Source of the DNA: Octopus bimaculoides
Lineage: Eukaryota
DNA: 54,690 nucleotides
Assembly (NCBI RefSeq): GCF_001194135.2
Contig: NC_068993.1
Span: 55,117,745-55,172,434, forward strand
Direction: 5' to 3'
The notes beneath the pieces are model-generated. The model made no database searches. It was not told the origin of the DNA and saw nothing but the letters and a program-made list of their open reading frames with translations. Positions 39,651 to 52,039 of this stretch are shown here, piece by piece; position 1 is the first letter of the stretch; each line of letters begins with the position of its first letter. The translations under genes were made by a program, and so were the position numbers.

Positions 39651-39875
39651 CAGGGTGTAAGTATTTTATTGGAAAATAAATATTTATAAGATGATATAAG
39701 ACTACAAAAGAATATATTAGACTTTACAAGACTTTAAAAAACTTTATAAGAGTTGTTGAAAGTGTTGTCCTTCATTTTCAATACATAAGTTGACTCTTCT
39801 ACACATGTTTTGAAATACATCTTGGAGAGTCAGGATGGAAAAAATTCACTGTGGAGAGACTTTTTGAACACCCTG
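39651..39875. mobile_element. Tc1/mariner-type MITE (~225 bp)
   Basis: Terminal inverted repeats cagggtgt...acaccctg, embedded in a CA/TG microsatellite. Confidence 0.55.
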
Positions 39876-39891
39876 TGTGTGTGTGTGTGTG

Positions 39892-39950
<59 letters not shown>

Positions 39951-40295
39951 GTGTGTGTGCATATATTATAGCCTCAGGCCGACCAAGGCCTTGTGAGTAG
40001 GTTTCTTACACGGAAACTGAAAGAGGACTGGTATGTATATTTGTGTGTGTGAGTGTTTGTACCCCACCATTGCTTGACAACTGATGTTGCTGTGTTTACA
40101 TTCCCATAACTTAGTGGTTCGGTAAAAGACACTGATAGAATAAATACTAGCCTTACAAAGAATAACTCCTGTGGTCGATTTGTTTGACCAACGGCGGTGC
40201 TCCAGCATGGCTGTAGCCACACAACTGAAACAAGTAAAACAATAAAAAAAAAACTATGCCATTTTAATCCTGAGCAAGGCAGTGTGTCTCTGCTA

Positions 40296-40340
<45 letters not shown>

Positions 40341-42689
40341 AGCATACACAGCGTTTCTGTCTATCAGATTCACTTAGAAGGCACTTACTTACAAAGGTTG
40401 ACCAGAGGCTACAATAGAGGAGCTCAAGGTGCCATGTAGTGGGACTGAACTTGAAGCCATACAGTCACAAAGCAAGCTTCATAACCACATAGTCATGCCT
40501 GTCTATATACAGATTGTGGGAATACAAAAAGTATTTTTTTCAAATTCCCAACACCTTATGCAGAAAAAATGGAACTATTAAGACATGAATAAAAACAGTA
40601 TGTACAGAAATGCACATACTGATATATATGTGCATGTGTGCGTAGAGGGGGGAGGGGGAGAGAGATGAAGCGAAAAATGCATTTGGGACCTTTAAGAACC
40701 AATTTCACAATTTCATGATTTTCAAAAATAGTTTGAGATAGGTTTTTGACATTGCTGTTGTGGCTGGATGCCCGAGAATTTATAGGAACATAGAAAGCAT
40801 AATGAAACGAAAATTAAAAACCTAAATAAAAACTAGTGGCAAGGACGGGAGCTGTGAAACAAATGTAAAAGCATTAAAACTGGCAGTAAGGACAGAGGGA
40901 GGGGGGATCTACATTTGAGTGTCTCACCCGAATAGCCCCAGTTATAACTACTTCAGCAGGCACCTTTGCCTCCTGATACCCTCTCTTCCCACTTTCCCTC
41001 CTCGTCGTTCACTCTCTCCTACCCACTGTACAATGCTGCCAGTGTAACTAAGGTTCACACACTTTCTTCATCATCTGCCTTTCCACCTCATCACTATTCC
41101 AACCATTAAACTCTCACCCACTCTTACCTACCTTATCTGGTCATTTCTCTCATCAAAGTGGCCTCCTCTACCACCTTCCTACTCACCATTCAAATGATTT
41201 TATCTCATGCTCTCATCTGTCCACCTACTCACCTGTCCTTTCAGTAATCAATTTCTCTACTATTCACCTTTTCAGTGTATGCCTTCAACAAATGAGCACA
41301 TAATAAAAGTAGTGCTGGTGTGAAAACATGGTACAAGCCACTAGCAAATCCCTGCTATGCATTTTTTTTTAGGTACAATTTGGCTAAAGGGTCACACCTA
41401 AAACAGTTAACAAGTTTGCATCATAACAACATGGTCAGAGATTGAATCCCATTGCAGGGCATGTTGGGCAAAGGTCCTTTTCTATAGCCTTAGGTTACCT
41501 CATAACTTGTGAGTAAAATTGGACAAGCAGAAATTCCACCAACTTTATTGGTAGGAGCCGGCAAGGCCAACAGCTGCCCCAGGTTCTACAGTCTATTTTG
41601 GCTTGGTTTCTACAGCTGGATGCATTTCCAAACACCAACCACTTTACAGAAAGTGTTGGGTGCTTTTACATGAATCCAGCACCAATATTCTTTATGTGGC
41701 ACCATCACCAGTGCTTTTTACAAGGCACTATTATCAGTGCTTTTTACATCAGCTGGAAATCTTTGACACTTGACACAGAGGTACTGGAAAAGTTGCTTCA
41801 ATAAGGAATCTTGCTTCATCGAGTATCATATGCAATTGGTTAAGCGTGCTATCCCATGTAAGAATTTTGGGCTCGTGAAGCAATTACTTTATAGTTAAGA
41901 GTCAGTAAGTGTCCTTATTACAAACCAAAAGATTGATTTGATGACATCATGAAAGTAACCTTATGAACTTGAATACAAACATTATTAATTGGCGATATCC
42001 TGTGCTAAATGGAAATGAATAGCAGTCTGCAACTAGGGAGAGTTTTCAAAAAGTTTGAGAAAAATCAAATTGCCCATCAAATAGTGCTACATAGTGCCCT
42101 GTAAGCTGCAGGCTGCTGAAGTATGGCAGACGGGCTCAAATGTGATCTCACAGACTGTTTGTGGTCACATTACATTTCAAAAGCAAAATCCTGCCATCTT
42201 GAAAGGTCACATATTAGACCAACAAAAGATGCCTGTAAGCATTTGATCAGGTCCTAAATTTTTGCAGTAAAACATGAAATCTATTAACTAAAAAAAAAAA
42301 AAAGCTGAAAATAAATGAGATATACAAAAGTTTAAAAAATTTTTGTTTTTTCTGTCTTTTGGTCCTAAAAGCTACTTCTTTACTAAAAATGGCTTATTTC
42401 ACTAAAAATGGAAAATAGGTGTTTGTGATCTCACACTGTTACAGATTACATACGTACATAAAGACATACACCTATATTTGTGTGTAATAAGACTAAAATG
42501 GCTGATAGCAGAAAACGCATCCAGATATAAAACAATAGCTCAAAGTGTCCAATGCAATTCATGCCAACATGGAAATACAGACATAAAAACATTATTACAT
42601 GGACAAATGTACCACCATGCATTTTAGGAGGAAAAAACCCAGTTTCTACTTACTCCCGCCACAACACTAATCTCAAAAAGTCTTCTTGT

Positions 42690-43422
42690 AAATGTGACCT
42701 GGGCATTATTGTCGAGAACGATTTTGCTAAAATTGCCAAGAAGGCTGAGGGTGTCTTGGCAACACTCACCAAGTCCTTTGTGAGCCGCTCTCTGGCTATC
42801 TATCTGAGGCTTTATATAGCTATGGTGTGGCCTCACCTGGAATTTGCAGCACCGGTCTGGAACCCCTATCTTGCCCAGGATATTAATCGTCTGGAAACCG
42901 TTCAGCGACGTGCAACCAAGAGAATACCCTCCGTCAGGCATTTGCCATATTCTGAACGCCTTACTTCTCTAAGCATGGATACATTGAAACTCCGACGTCT
43001 GGCAACTGACTTGGTAGACACCCATAAAATTATTAACCATCTTACTAACAATAACTCTGAGCACCTTTTCAAACTCCACCTGTCTAACACCTGTGGACAT
43101 GTTTACAAAGTCAGAAAACAGCACAGCTCCCATGACTTTCGGAAACCCTTTTTCACGCTAAGAGTTGCTCAAGTATGGAACAAACTGCCAGCATCAGTTG
43201 TTAGTTGTCGGAGCTCTGCATCCTTCAAAACTTCCATGCTTCCTGAGATTCACCAACACTACACCTGATTTTCTCCCCTCCATACACACGCAAGCATGTA
43301 TCTGACTCATACACTGTTCACTTTCCACACATTTGTACATTATTGCATATGCTTTATACGCACCTTTGACAAGTTGTAGTGCACCTGAGCACTGCATACA
43401 ATAATTTCATCATTATTATTAT
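42690..43422 (+). mobile_element. CR1-group LINE, 3' fragment (RT C-terminus and 3' UTR)
   Basis: DLGII...HLEFAAPVWNPYL..DI..LE.VQRRATK.I...Y.ERL..L...L..RRL..DL; ends in an (ATT)n tail. Confidence 0.85.
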
Positions 43423-44087
43423 AGTCACACCTGCACATAAATATTATAAGTGTACATGGGGGGGTGAGGAGGGGGTATAACATACATTACATATAATGAA
43501 CAGTAACATCAATTTTTGAGGTTTGCGTGACCAATTGTTTAAGTAGAAAACCTCATCATCAAATTAGCAAGCAAAGTGACTGAGTACTCCACAGATACAT
43601 GTACTCTTACTGTGAGTGCAACAGCCTAACCACTAGGTCACGTGCCTTTGTCAGATAGCAGGCTGAAACTTCAAAATCACTGCCATCCCTAAAAGTTTAA
43701 TAAATATGTACTCTACTAAAAGTAGAGAGTAATTTTTCAGTTTAATGTAAATTGTTTTTATAACTTAACACATAAACTCACACACACATATATATACACA
43801 CACACACACACACAAGCATTATATTAGTTGTATATAATTTTCCATGACACACCCAATATTCATTAACTCAATAAAACATGTTAGGAAATAGCATTCATAA
43901 CAAATATAAAGTGAGGGAGGGAAGTTAATTCTTTGTTAGTCTTAATTTCAGAACTGGTAACATAGCACTCCTTAGGGACTTGGAAGAAATATTCGCTACA
44001 TACATCATACATACAAAAATACATGTATATGCACACATACCTACACATGTGTATAAGCATACAACTATATACTCTATGTCTACTTAC

Positions 44088-44174
44088 ATGCCTCCTTTTA
44101 TCGAAAGTTTCATAGTAGAGTTTATGAAATTCTTCACCAGCAGTGCAGGCTTGGTCAATTTTGGTTTTCAGTTC
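44088..44174 (-). CDS. NXT: NXT1/2-like exon 2 (ELKTKIDQACTAGEEFHKLYYETFDKRRH), 87 nt
   Basis: tttacag|GAA...CAT|gtaagt. The translation matches the NXT N-terminus (cf. vertebrate DQAC.AAEEFV..YY.TMDKRRR). Confidence 0.93.
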
Positions 44175-46034
44175 CTGTAAAGTTAAAACAAAACATTAGA
44201 AATGTTAATTTTCACATAAAACATTTGACAACTTTCCCATCATTTTGTTATTGATATTTTCTACACTCCAAAATTATTTCGAAAATAATCAAGAATTGAT
44301 GAGAGATGTATCATAAAATCGCTGGCTGTTGGAATAGTATGGTCTAACATAAAATTAGGTATGAACTTAATAGATGCAGGTGGGTGCACATGGCTTAGTG
44401 GTTAACGTGTTGGACTCACAACTGTCAGATTGTGGTTTCGATTCCAGGACCAGGTGATGCACTGTGTTCTTGAACAAAACACTTTATTTCAAGCTGCCAA
44501 CATATTTCTGTTGAGACACACTAACTTGGTTTCAATCAATTTTGTAAAATAATGAAGAATTTGATTAAAATAACTTAACCACTATTAAAATGGTGTTTGG
44601 CAATTTTAGCAATTAACATAAAATTTTAATGGGATGTTTTAATTTAGATCACTTTAACCCTTTAGTATTCAAGTCCAACCCATACTAGCATGGAAAGCGG
44701 ACGTTAAACGATGATGATGATGATGATTCTCTCAAGTGTAATGCTCATTAATTCACATTGTTTTGAATTAATCATGCATTATCTTGTAGCTTTGAGATTT
44801 TGATGAGGTAACCGTTAATTTTTGAAATGATATTGTAGGGTTGCTATGAGAGGCCAGACCGGCCAGTTTGAACATAAAACAGGTAAAATATTTTGGCCGG
44901 ATGTGGCCAGTTTAAATGCTAAATGGTTAAACAGGAAGCCTGCGTGTTAGAACCAGTGGCAGGTTGACATAGAAAGGGTTAAACATACTTATCATAAAGT
45001 CGGGCACTTGTACAAGGAGAGAACCTATTTATGACCAAATAGCCTTGGTCAGTTGGTAAGTTTATGATATGGAGTTAGTCAATGAAACATTTAGAAACAT
45101 ATCAAATATGACACCATTCTTCAGTCTGATTGGAGATGGAAACTGTTACCAGTCAAGGTAACAGATTTCAGTATCCATTTCACAGCCTTCTTTCTATATT
45201 CTCACTACAACCACCTTCAACACTAATAATTAAGTCATAAGCTTTCTCTAACTTGCTGCAAGCCATTTGAGCAACAGCTCACGGCTGTAAATCTATTTAA
45301 TCTTATTAGTCAACTTCTTTTAATTAGGAGAAAGAGAGACTTGATAGTATCAAGTAATGGAGTGAATAACATCAGCCACTGCTTCAACAGAACTCACACT
45401 ATCACTAAACACTATTATTAACTACCTAATGTCACTACAGTTATGACTTCAAAGAAAGTAAATTGCTGCTACTCAGGGTCAGAGGCCAAGAGTAAATTAT
45501 CAAAAACTATTTGATTCTCTTCTCTTTCCTTTAGTGTTTCATATCTTTTTTTTTTTTTTTTGGTCAAATTCAGACACTAGCATATTGTTGCTAGTATATA
45601 GTATATTGTAGCATATTGTNNNNNNNNNNTTTTTTTTTTTTTTTGGTCAAATTCAGACACTAGCATATTGTTGAAACATGTATTTGAGTTTTTTTTTTTT
45701 TTTCCAACTGGATGTATAAGTTGGAAGAACCTGTTTGACAGCCAGACACACTGAAGCAATCAATGTTATATGCTTAGCCAAGGTATAAAATATGTAATAC
45801 TGTTGAATACGGTTGTCGTAATATGGTTTGAATTTATAAGCATGCAGTCAGCAAATTTTGCATCAAATAACTATTTTCTTGGCAGGATTCATGAGTTAGA
45901 AAGCACAGAGAACAAGACATTGAGAGATAGCTCATTATTCTAAGTTCATTTTTCCAGAGTACAACAAAATATATTACAAGCTATTGACTATATTCTCTCT
46001 TTGACTAATATCAATACTTTTAAGATAATTGAGC

Positions 46035-46200
46035 TGGCGTGGTTGTGTGGTAAGAAGCTTGCTTCCCAACCACATGATTTAGGGTTCAGTCCCACTGCGT
46101 GGCACCTTAGACAAGTGTTTTCTACCATAGCCTCAGGTTGACCAAAGCCTTGTGAATGGATTTGGTAGACAGAAACTGAAAGAAGCCCATAGTATATTAT
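46035..46200 (+). mobile_element. SINE family B: tRNA-derived CORE-type SINE (octopus OR-like)
   Basis: A box (TGGTAAGAAG) and B box (GGTTCAGTCCC), then a CORE-like CACCTT.G.CAAGTG. Related copies at ~9480-9750, 12715-13200, 16760-16985, 18060-18150, 21120-21290, 26000-26400, 27000-27390, 30240-30590, 39970-40500 and 47080-47220. Confidence 0.75.
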
Positions 46201-49200
46201 ATATATATATATCATTGGCGGCGGCCATTGTCCATGTTGGCATGGGTTGGACGGTTTGACCAGAGCTGGCAAGCTGAAGAGTTGTACCAGACTCCAGTCT
46301 GATTTGGCATGGTTTCTTCAGCCGGATGTCCTTCCTAATGCCAACCACTCCGAAAGTGTAATAAGTGGTATATGTGTGTGTGATTGTCCCCAACTACCAC
46401 CTGACAGCTGGTGTTGGTGTGTTTATGTCTCTGTAACTTAGCAGCTCAGCAAAAGAGACCAATAGAATAAGGACCAGGATTTATGAAAAAATAAAAAGTG
46501 AGGTTGATTCATTTGACTAAAATTCTTCGAGGCAGTGTCCCGACTGAAACAAGTAAAAGATATATTTTATTAATCTCTGTAGAATACAAAAAAGAAACAC
46601 CGAACAAGTCCTGTGACCTGATTTCAATCTCAAACCAGGATGATTTCACTTTACTTACAACTGTGGTTTCAAGGAAAGCTGAAAATCAAAACATCATATT
46701 ATTCATTCACTTCTAAACTAAGTGAAAGACCATGCATGTTCTGTCAGCTGGATACCATCATCATATCTATGTCCATTTTCCATGCTTGCATGGGTCAGAT
46801 GGAATTTGTTGAGGCAGATTTTCTATGACCAGACGAAATACCACTAGGCATTTCGCCCGGCGTGCTAACGTTTCTGCCAGCTCGCCGCCTTCAGTTTCTT
46901 CCTGTCAAATCCACACACAAGGCTTTGGTCAACCCAGAGTTATAGAAGTCACTTGCCTAAGATGTCATACTGTGGGACCATGTGGTTGGGAAGCAAACTT
47001 CTTGCCACACCAATGCTAAAGTAGTTCAAATTTCTGTAGAGCATGGCCTGTAGGTATAGACAGGATATAGGTGTAGGATGGTTGTGTGGTTAAAAAGTTC
47101 ACTTCACAGCCACGTGATTTCAGGTTCAATCCCACTGTGCAGCACCATGGGCATATGTCTTGTACTAGCCCCAGGTTGACCAAAGCCTTGTGAGTAGATT
47201 TGCAAAATAGAAACTGAGTTTGTGTCTCCTTATCTTGACATCAGGTGATAGTTGCAAACAAGCATCACTCTCATACAAATAGCATTGTTTGTTTCAAATC
47301 GTTCATGGAAACATCTCTTAAATGATCTGATTTGAGAACAAGTGAGAGCTTTTGACAAGGTCATCCAGCTGTAGAAAATCTGCCTCGTGAATTTTGTCTG
47401 CTCATGTAAAAATGGAAAAGTGAACATGATGATGGAAACAAGAACAGAGATAAATTGCAAAGAGAAAGATGACTGAGTAAAGTGTCCAATGTGTGTTCTG
47501 GAAGCTGAATGATGCAAGGAGGAAAGATGGATTCAGTTTCAACAGGAATGGTACACAAGTTTCTATTTTAGAGAAGCAAAACTGTTGCAGTAATGACAGA
47601 AGAGACAATGTTTAACTCTCTGATCAAGGATGTTCCAAACATGACTATCCTATCTTAGTCTTAAGCATTAGAAAATTTCAAGTTTGGCAATGTTATATAT
47701 CTTTGTGTGTGTGTGTGTGTGGTCACTACAAAAAATTAGAGCTTGTGAGAACTAGCACTAGAAATCAACATAAGAAATGTTTTCAGTTCAAATTCAAATG
47801 ATGGCTTTGTCTTTCTCGAGTCAATATAATAATTATCAGTTGTTGTTTAGGGCCAGGTCATTTTTGATTGAGCAGACCTATGCTCAAAGGCGACTACATT
47901 ATCCTTTTTAAGTCTGTATGGTAAGATTTGGTAGCAATTACTAACAGGTAAAGTGACCATAAAGAGATAATTACTTGTTGGCCTGAATACACAAAATATT
48001 AGTTATGTACAGAGGTGCTTGTTTGAGAATTGCAAAATCAATTCTATATCTATAAACATCTTGTCATTGAAGCTGGCAACAATTCACTAAGTCAATATCA
48101 TTTTACACTATTGTAACTCATTACTGAAGTTACTTAATATTTAAGAGGTTTTTTCATTATGAAATTATAAATTACTTACTTCATATATATACACGTGTGT
48201 GTTTTCAACAGTTTCATGTGAATTTCTACTGCACCTTGCGGTGCAGTAGAAATTCGCAGTGGCCAAAATGATAAATATTTGCAATGCAGTTGTGGGCAAT
48301 TTTACCTTCCGTGAGAATACCGGTAACATATAGCATCAATCTAATCGACAACACCATCCTCTCCAAACAAATGTGGAATTCTGAAAAGTATCCTCACGCT
48401 ATTTAGTTACATCCCTTTATATTCTAACTTTAGATACTATCGACGTCGACTTCCAGGATCGATAAAACAAATACCAGCTAAAAATACTAGGGTTCAAGCT
48501 AAGCAGCCAATATCCCAAAATCTGTGGTGTTATGTCTTGGTGGGTGACAGAAATTCAATACCAGATACGCCGCATTAGGCTGTCTCTTTACCTTGTGTGT
48601 TCAAACCTCGTCGGGATCGATAAAGTAAATGTACTGGGTCGATTAAATCAACTATATTCATACTCCTCCGTTAAATATTTGTGAACCCATATTTCAATGA
48701 CCTATTGTTGCTGTTGTTGTTTTAAACTTAGCAAAAAAAAAATGCAGTAGTTAAAATATTTCTTATTTATATCATAAATAACCATATTACCATAAGTCTC
48801 TATGTAGATGATCCATATCGTCAAAAGTTAAAACAAAACAAAAATTCGATTACAGAAAGAAAAAAGACATCTTTGCAAACTATAATATGAACAAATCAGT
48901 CTTTAAATCCTACTAAAATAAACATCCTCTTTCATTCCTCCGAAGACAAACAAATAGCTTCTATATGGTTGCTGCGAATAACTATACTACCAGTCCAGTC
49001 AGTAACATCAAGTTTTTGACATCAAACTGAAACCAACCACGAATAAGTTATTGTTATTAATATAAAGAGACTATCGTAATATGAAAAGTATTATAGCGAA
49101 CTTATATAATGGAATTTCATCATTTACAGTCATACACTTGATTATGGACATAAACAAGACAGACTTTTGAAATACATTGTTATTTACTAATCGTTAATTT

Positions 49201-49573
49201 CAAGGCGACTGTAAAGTGTTGCTTGTCCGTTCGCGTGTCTATTCGTTCGCTGGCATAGTTTGAATTCCCGCTGTTAAAATACAGTCGCAACAAAATAAGA
49301 CAAACATGTAAACATATTGCAAATATATATCAGTTTAAAAGCTGAAGTAATGAAACATAAAATCTAAACAAAAACACAGTGTTTCATTTTCAGTCAAGTA
49401 AGTTTGACTGTTATTTCATCGAGAAATCCTACAAAAAAATGATAAGTAAACAACGATTGGGGGAAAAGTTGATAGTTTATAAAAAGCAAAGGCTATATTC
49501 CAAGATTGGGATGAAACAAAATAGATTTCGACCTATTTTTGGCCGAGAATTTTAGATGTTGAAATTGTCTCAC

Positions 49574-49597
49574 CTCTCCAGCTGACCCGAGCGCCAT
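49574..49597 (-). CDS. NXT: NXT1/2-like exon 1 (MALGSAGE), phase-0 donor
   Basis: Minus strand reads caatATGGCGCTCGGGTCAGCTGGAGAG|gtgaga: strong Kozak context, canonical donor, adjacent ETS/Inr promoter, and in frame with exon 2. Confidence 0.8.
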
Positions 49598-49654
49598 ATT
49601 GTATGTAGCATGACACCGGAAGTAGAATGATGACTCACGACTCACTTCCGGTGT
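49590..49654 (-). promoter_or_regulatory. NXT core promoter: two inverted ETS (CCGGAAGT) sites, AP-1 TGACTCA, Inr-like TCATTC, and a YY1-like motif over the start codon
   Basis: acaccggaagt 49613-49623 and acttccggtgt 49644-49654; tgactca 49631-49637; TCATTC on - at 49625-49630; cgccatatt 49592-49600. Confidence 0.7.
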
Positions 49655-50204
49655 ATACCTAATGACCGAAAATTCTCGTTTTTTATTGTTTTAATTGTTT
49701 TGTGAGGAGAAAAAAATAAATACCTGTAGAGATGTAAAATCATGTTTTAGCTTAGTTGTTTCTTTAATTTTTATTGTAAATCTGGGAGAGTTGTTGTTCG
49801 CAGTGATAACGGGCAGCCTGTATCTTGACACTGTGTCATTAGGTATGACATTGCAACTAGTCATTGACTGTTATCCAGTCTTAGAACCAAAGACAAATAA
49901 CTTTCAAATGGTCAGGTCACCTATCTATAAATAAGTATCATACGGGGGTGCTATTTACCACATGTTTTTCTCCATTAAGAAACTAAGTTACGAACTATAT
50001 GGTAGACACAGAATTCGCGCATATATGTATGGTCGATCAAACTGCTAGATACAGCAGACAAATCTTTTTTAACTCACACCACACTGTCTTAAAGGAGAAA
50101 GTACACCTTACTTAAATTAATCTAAGCTATATCTAACAATAAAAGATGGGATGAGGCTACATACGTACGTACAAGATAGTCACTGGAATAGTAAATCAAA
50201 TAAT

Positions 50205-50520
50205 TCTGGAAGGTGTCATTCCCAATGACTGGGGCTGCAGTACCATTGTAAACTATAACAATGGCAAGGGAGATGGACAAGAGAGGGGGTGGGGTTAGAG
50301 TGACACCAAATTGTGAAAATTACAAAAAGGGCTATTGTAAAACTGACTAGAGAATGTTTTAGTGTGGATGAGAGGCAATTTAGTTTTGTCCCAGGAAGAG
50401 GCACTAGTTGCCATATTCCATGTATTACAAGAGCAATACATGATTAGAAATAATCTCCTATATCTAACATTCATAAATCTGAAGAAAATCTTTGATAGGG
50501 TTCCTCACACTGATGTGGTG
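50205..50520 (+). mobile_element. Degenerate RTE LINE RT fragment
   Basis: EGVIPNDWGCSTIVNY..GKGD then frameshifted QF.FVPGRGT...; homologous to 54400-54690. Confidence 0.75.
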
Positions 50521-50644
50521 GTCACCAGTGGCTCAGCAACACAATTTGCTAAGGGGGTGCAAACCCAGGTCCTAATTTTTTTATGAGAAATGTGGATTTT
50601 TTTCCATTAAAACAAATGTAAGTATAATAATAATTTTTATTATT

Positions 50645-51060
50645 ATAAGGGTCAACTGAAATGTTCAGTCTGAGCAAAACACTCTCATGGAATGTGACCA
50701 AATGAAGTCCGTTTTTTAACATAGTTCCTCTTACTGTCCACACACTTCCATCAGTAGTTGCAGTGCTTGGATCACACTGGTGAAGAAGCTATTCTGTTGG
50801 TCACAAATGGTCATCAGCTGCAGATAAGGCGTTATCATCACAGTGATACTGGAGCCCAGCTGAATGTTTTTTTATGTTGGGAAACAGATGATAACCAGAT
50901 GGAACCAAATCATTAATATAGGAAGGGTGATCAACCAGTTCAAAGCCAGTCATGCACAGCAGCCATTGAAACCAAGGACTTGTGTGCTGAAGCATTGTCC
51001 TAATGAAACAAGACCCCATTCATCAGTTTTTCTGGGTGTTTGGTCATGATAGCCTTTCAT
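50645..51060 (-). mobile_element. Mariner transposase C-terminal fossil
   Basis: GFELVDHPSYINDLVPSGYHLFPNIKKH is a degenerate HPPYSPDLAPSDY.LF motif. Confidence 0.78.
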
Positions 51061-52039
51061 AACTGCCTTAGCAAGTTGGCATTGAAATTTTCCATTGATG
51101 GTGCAATCATTTTGAAGATAGTCAATAAACACAATATTTTTTGCATTAAAGTATAGTATATGTAATAATGTGAAGTATATTTTGCATATTAAAATGTTTA
51201 ATTTTGGAAATGTATCAAGCAGAGCTAACGTAAGCAGTAAAAATACAAATTGCAAGTATTTCAAAATGTGGGACACTACGTGACAAAAACTAACAAAAAA
51301 AAGAAGGAAATAGTGGTGCTTGTGTTTCAAAGGTACAATGAGAAGGCTCAGGAGAAAGATAGAGAGATGGGGTCGAAGGGAAGGAAGATAGAAGGAAAGG
51401 AAAGAATGAAAAGTGAAAGTGTAAACTGGGGATCTGAAATGAGTACTAGGCAGGAGATTGGTCCCTGTGCTGGTGGCACGTAAAAAAAGCACCTACTACA
51501 CTCTCAGAGTGGTTGGCGTTAGGAAGGGCATCCAGCTGTAGAAACACTGCCAGATCAGACTGGAGCCTGGTGCAACCTCCTGGCTTCCCAGACCCCAGTT
51601 GAACCATTCAACCCATGCCAGCATGGAAAACGGACATTAAACGATGATGTCTTACCTATGCACTGGTCATGTAGAAAAAGGATGAGTGATAAAACATTGG
51701 ATTGTTTTCTGGTACCAAAAAAGTGAAGAAAGAGAATAGAGAAGGTTAGGGAAGAGCAAATAGGAAGAAAGAGAGAGTGCGGAAAAATAAGGGAATAAAG
51801 ATAGACAGTAGGTAGTTGACAGAGATGGAAGGCAGTAAAGAGAGAAAGGCATCAAATAGGTAGAGAGGTAGATAGAGGGGAGAGGAGAAGGACAGAGAAA
51901 TAGATAGAAAAGAGAGAAAATCTTGCACCAAATATTGAACACTGTGTAGGGTACCACTGAGTGGGAACAGAAGTGGGTGTGTGACATTACGTTGAGTAAC
52001 AACCATAAAATGTTGCACAGAAAGTCAACACACACACAT

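Noticed and set aside
42552-43268. 238-aa ORF as a host gene
   Set aside because: It is the RT C-terminus of a truncated CR1-group LINE with a chance upstream extension.
48221-48250. AATTTCTACT...GTAGA resembles a Cas12a direct repeat
   Set aside because: Single copy with a different loop and no array or cas gene; the resemblance is coincidental to a simple hairpin.
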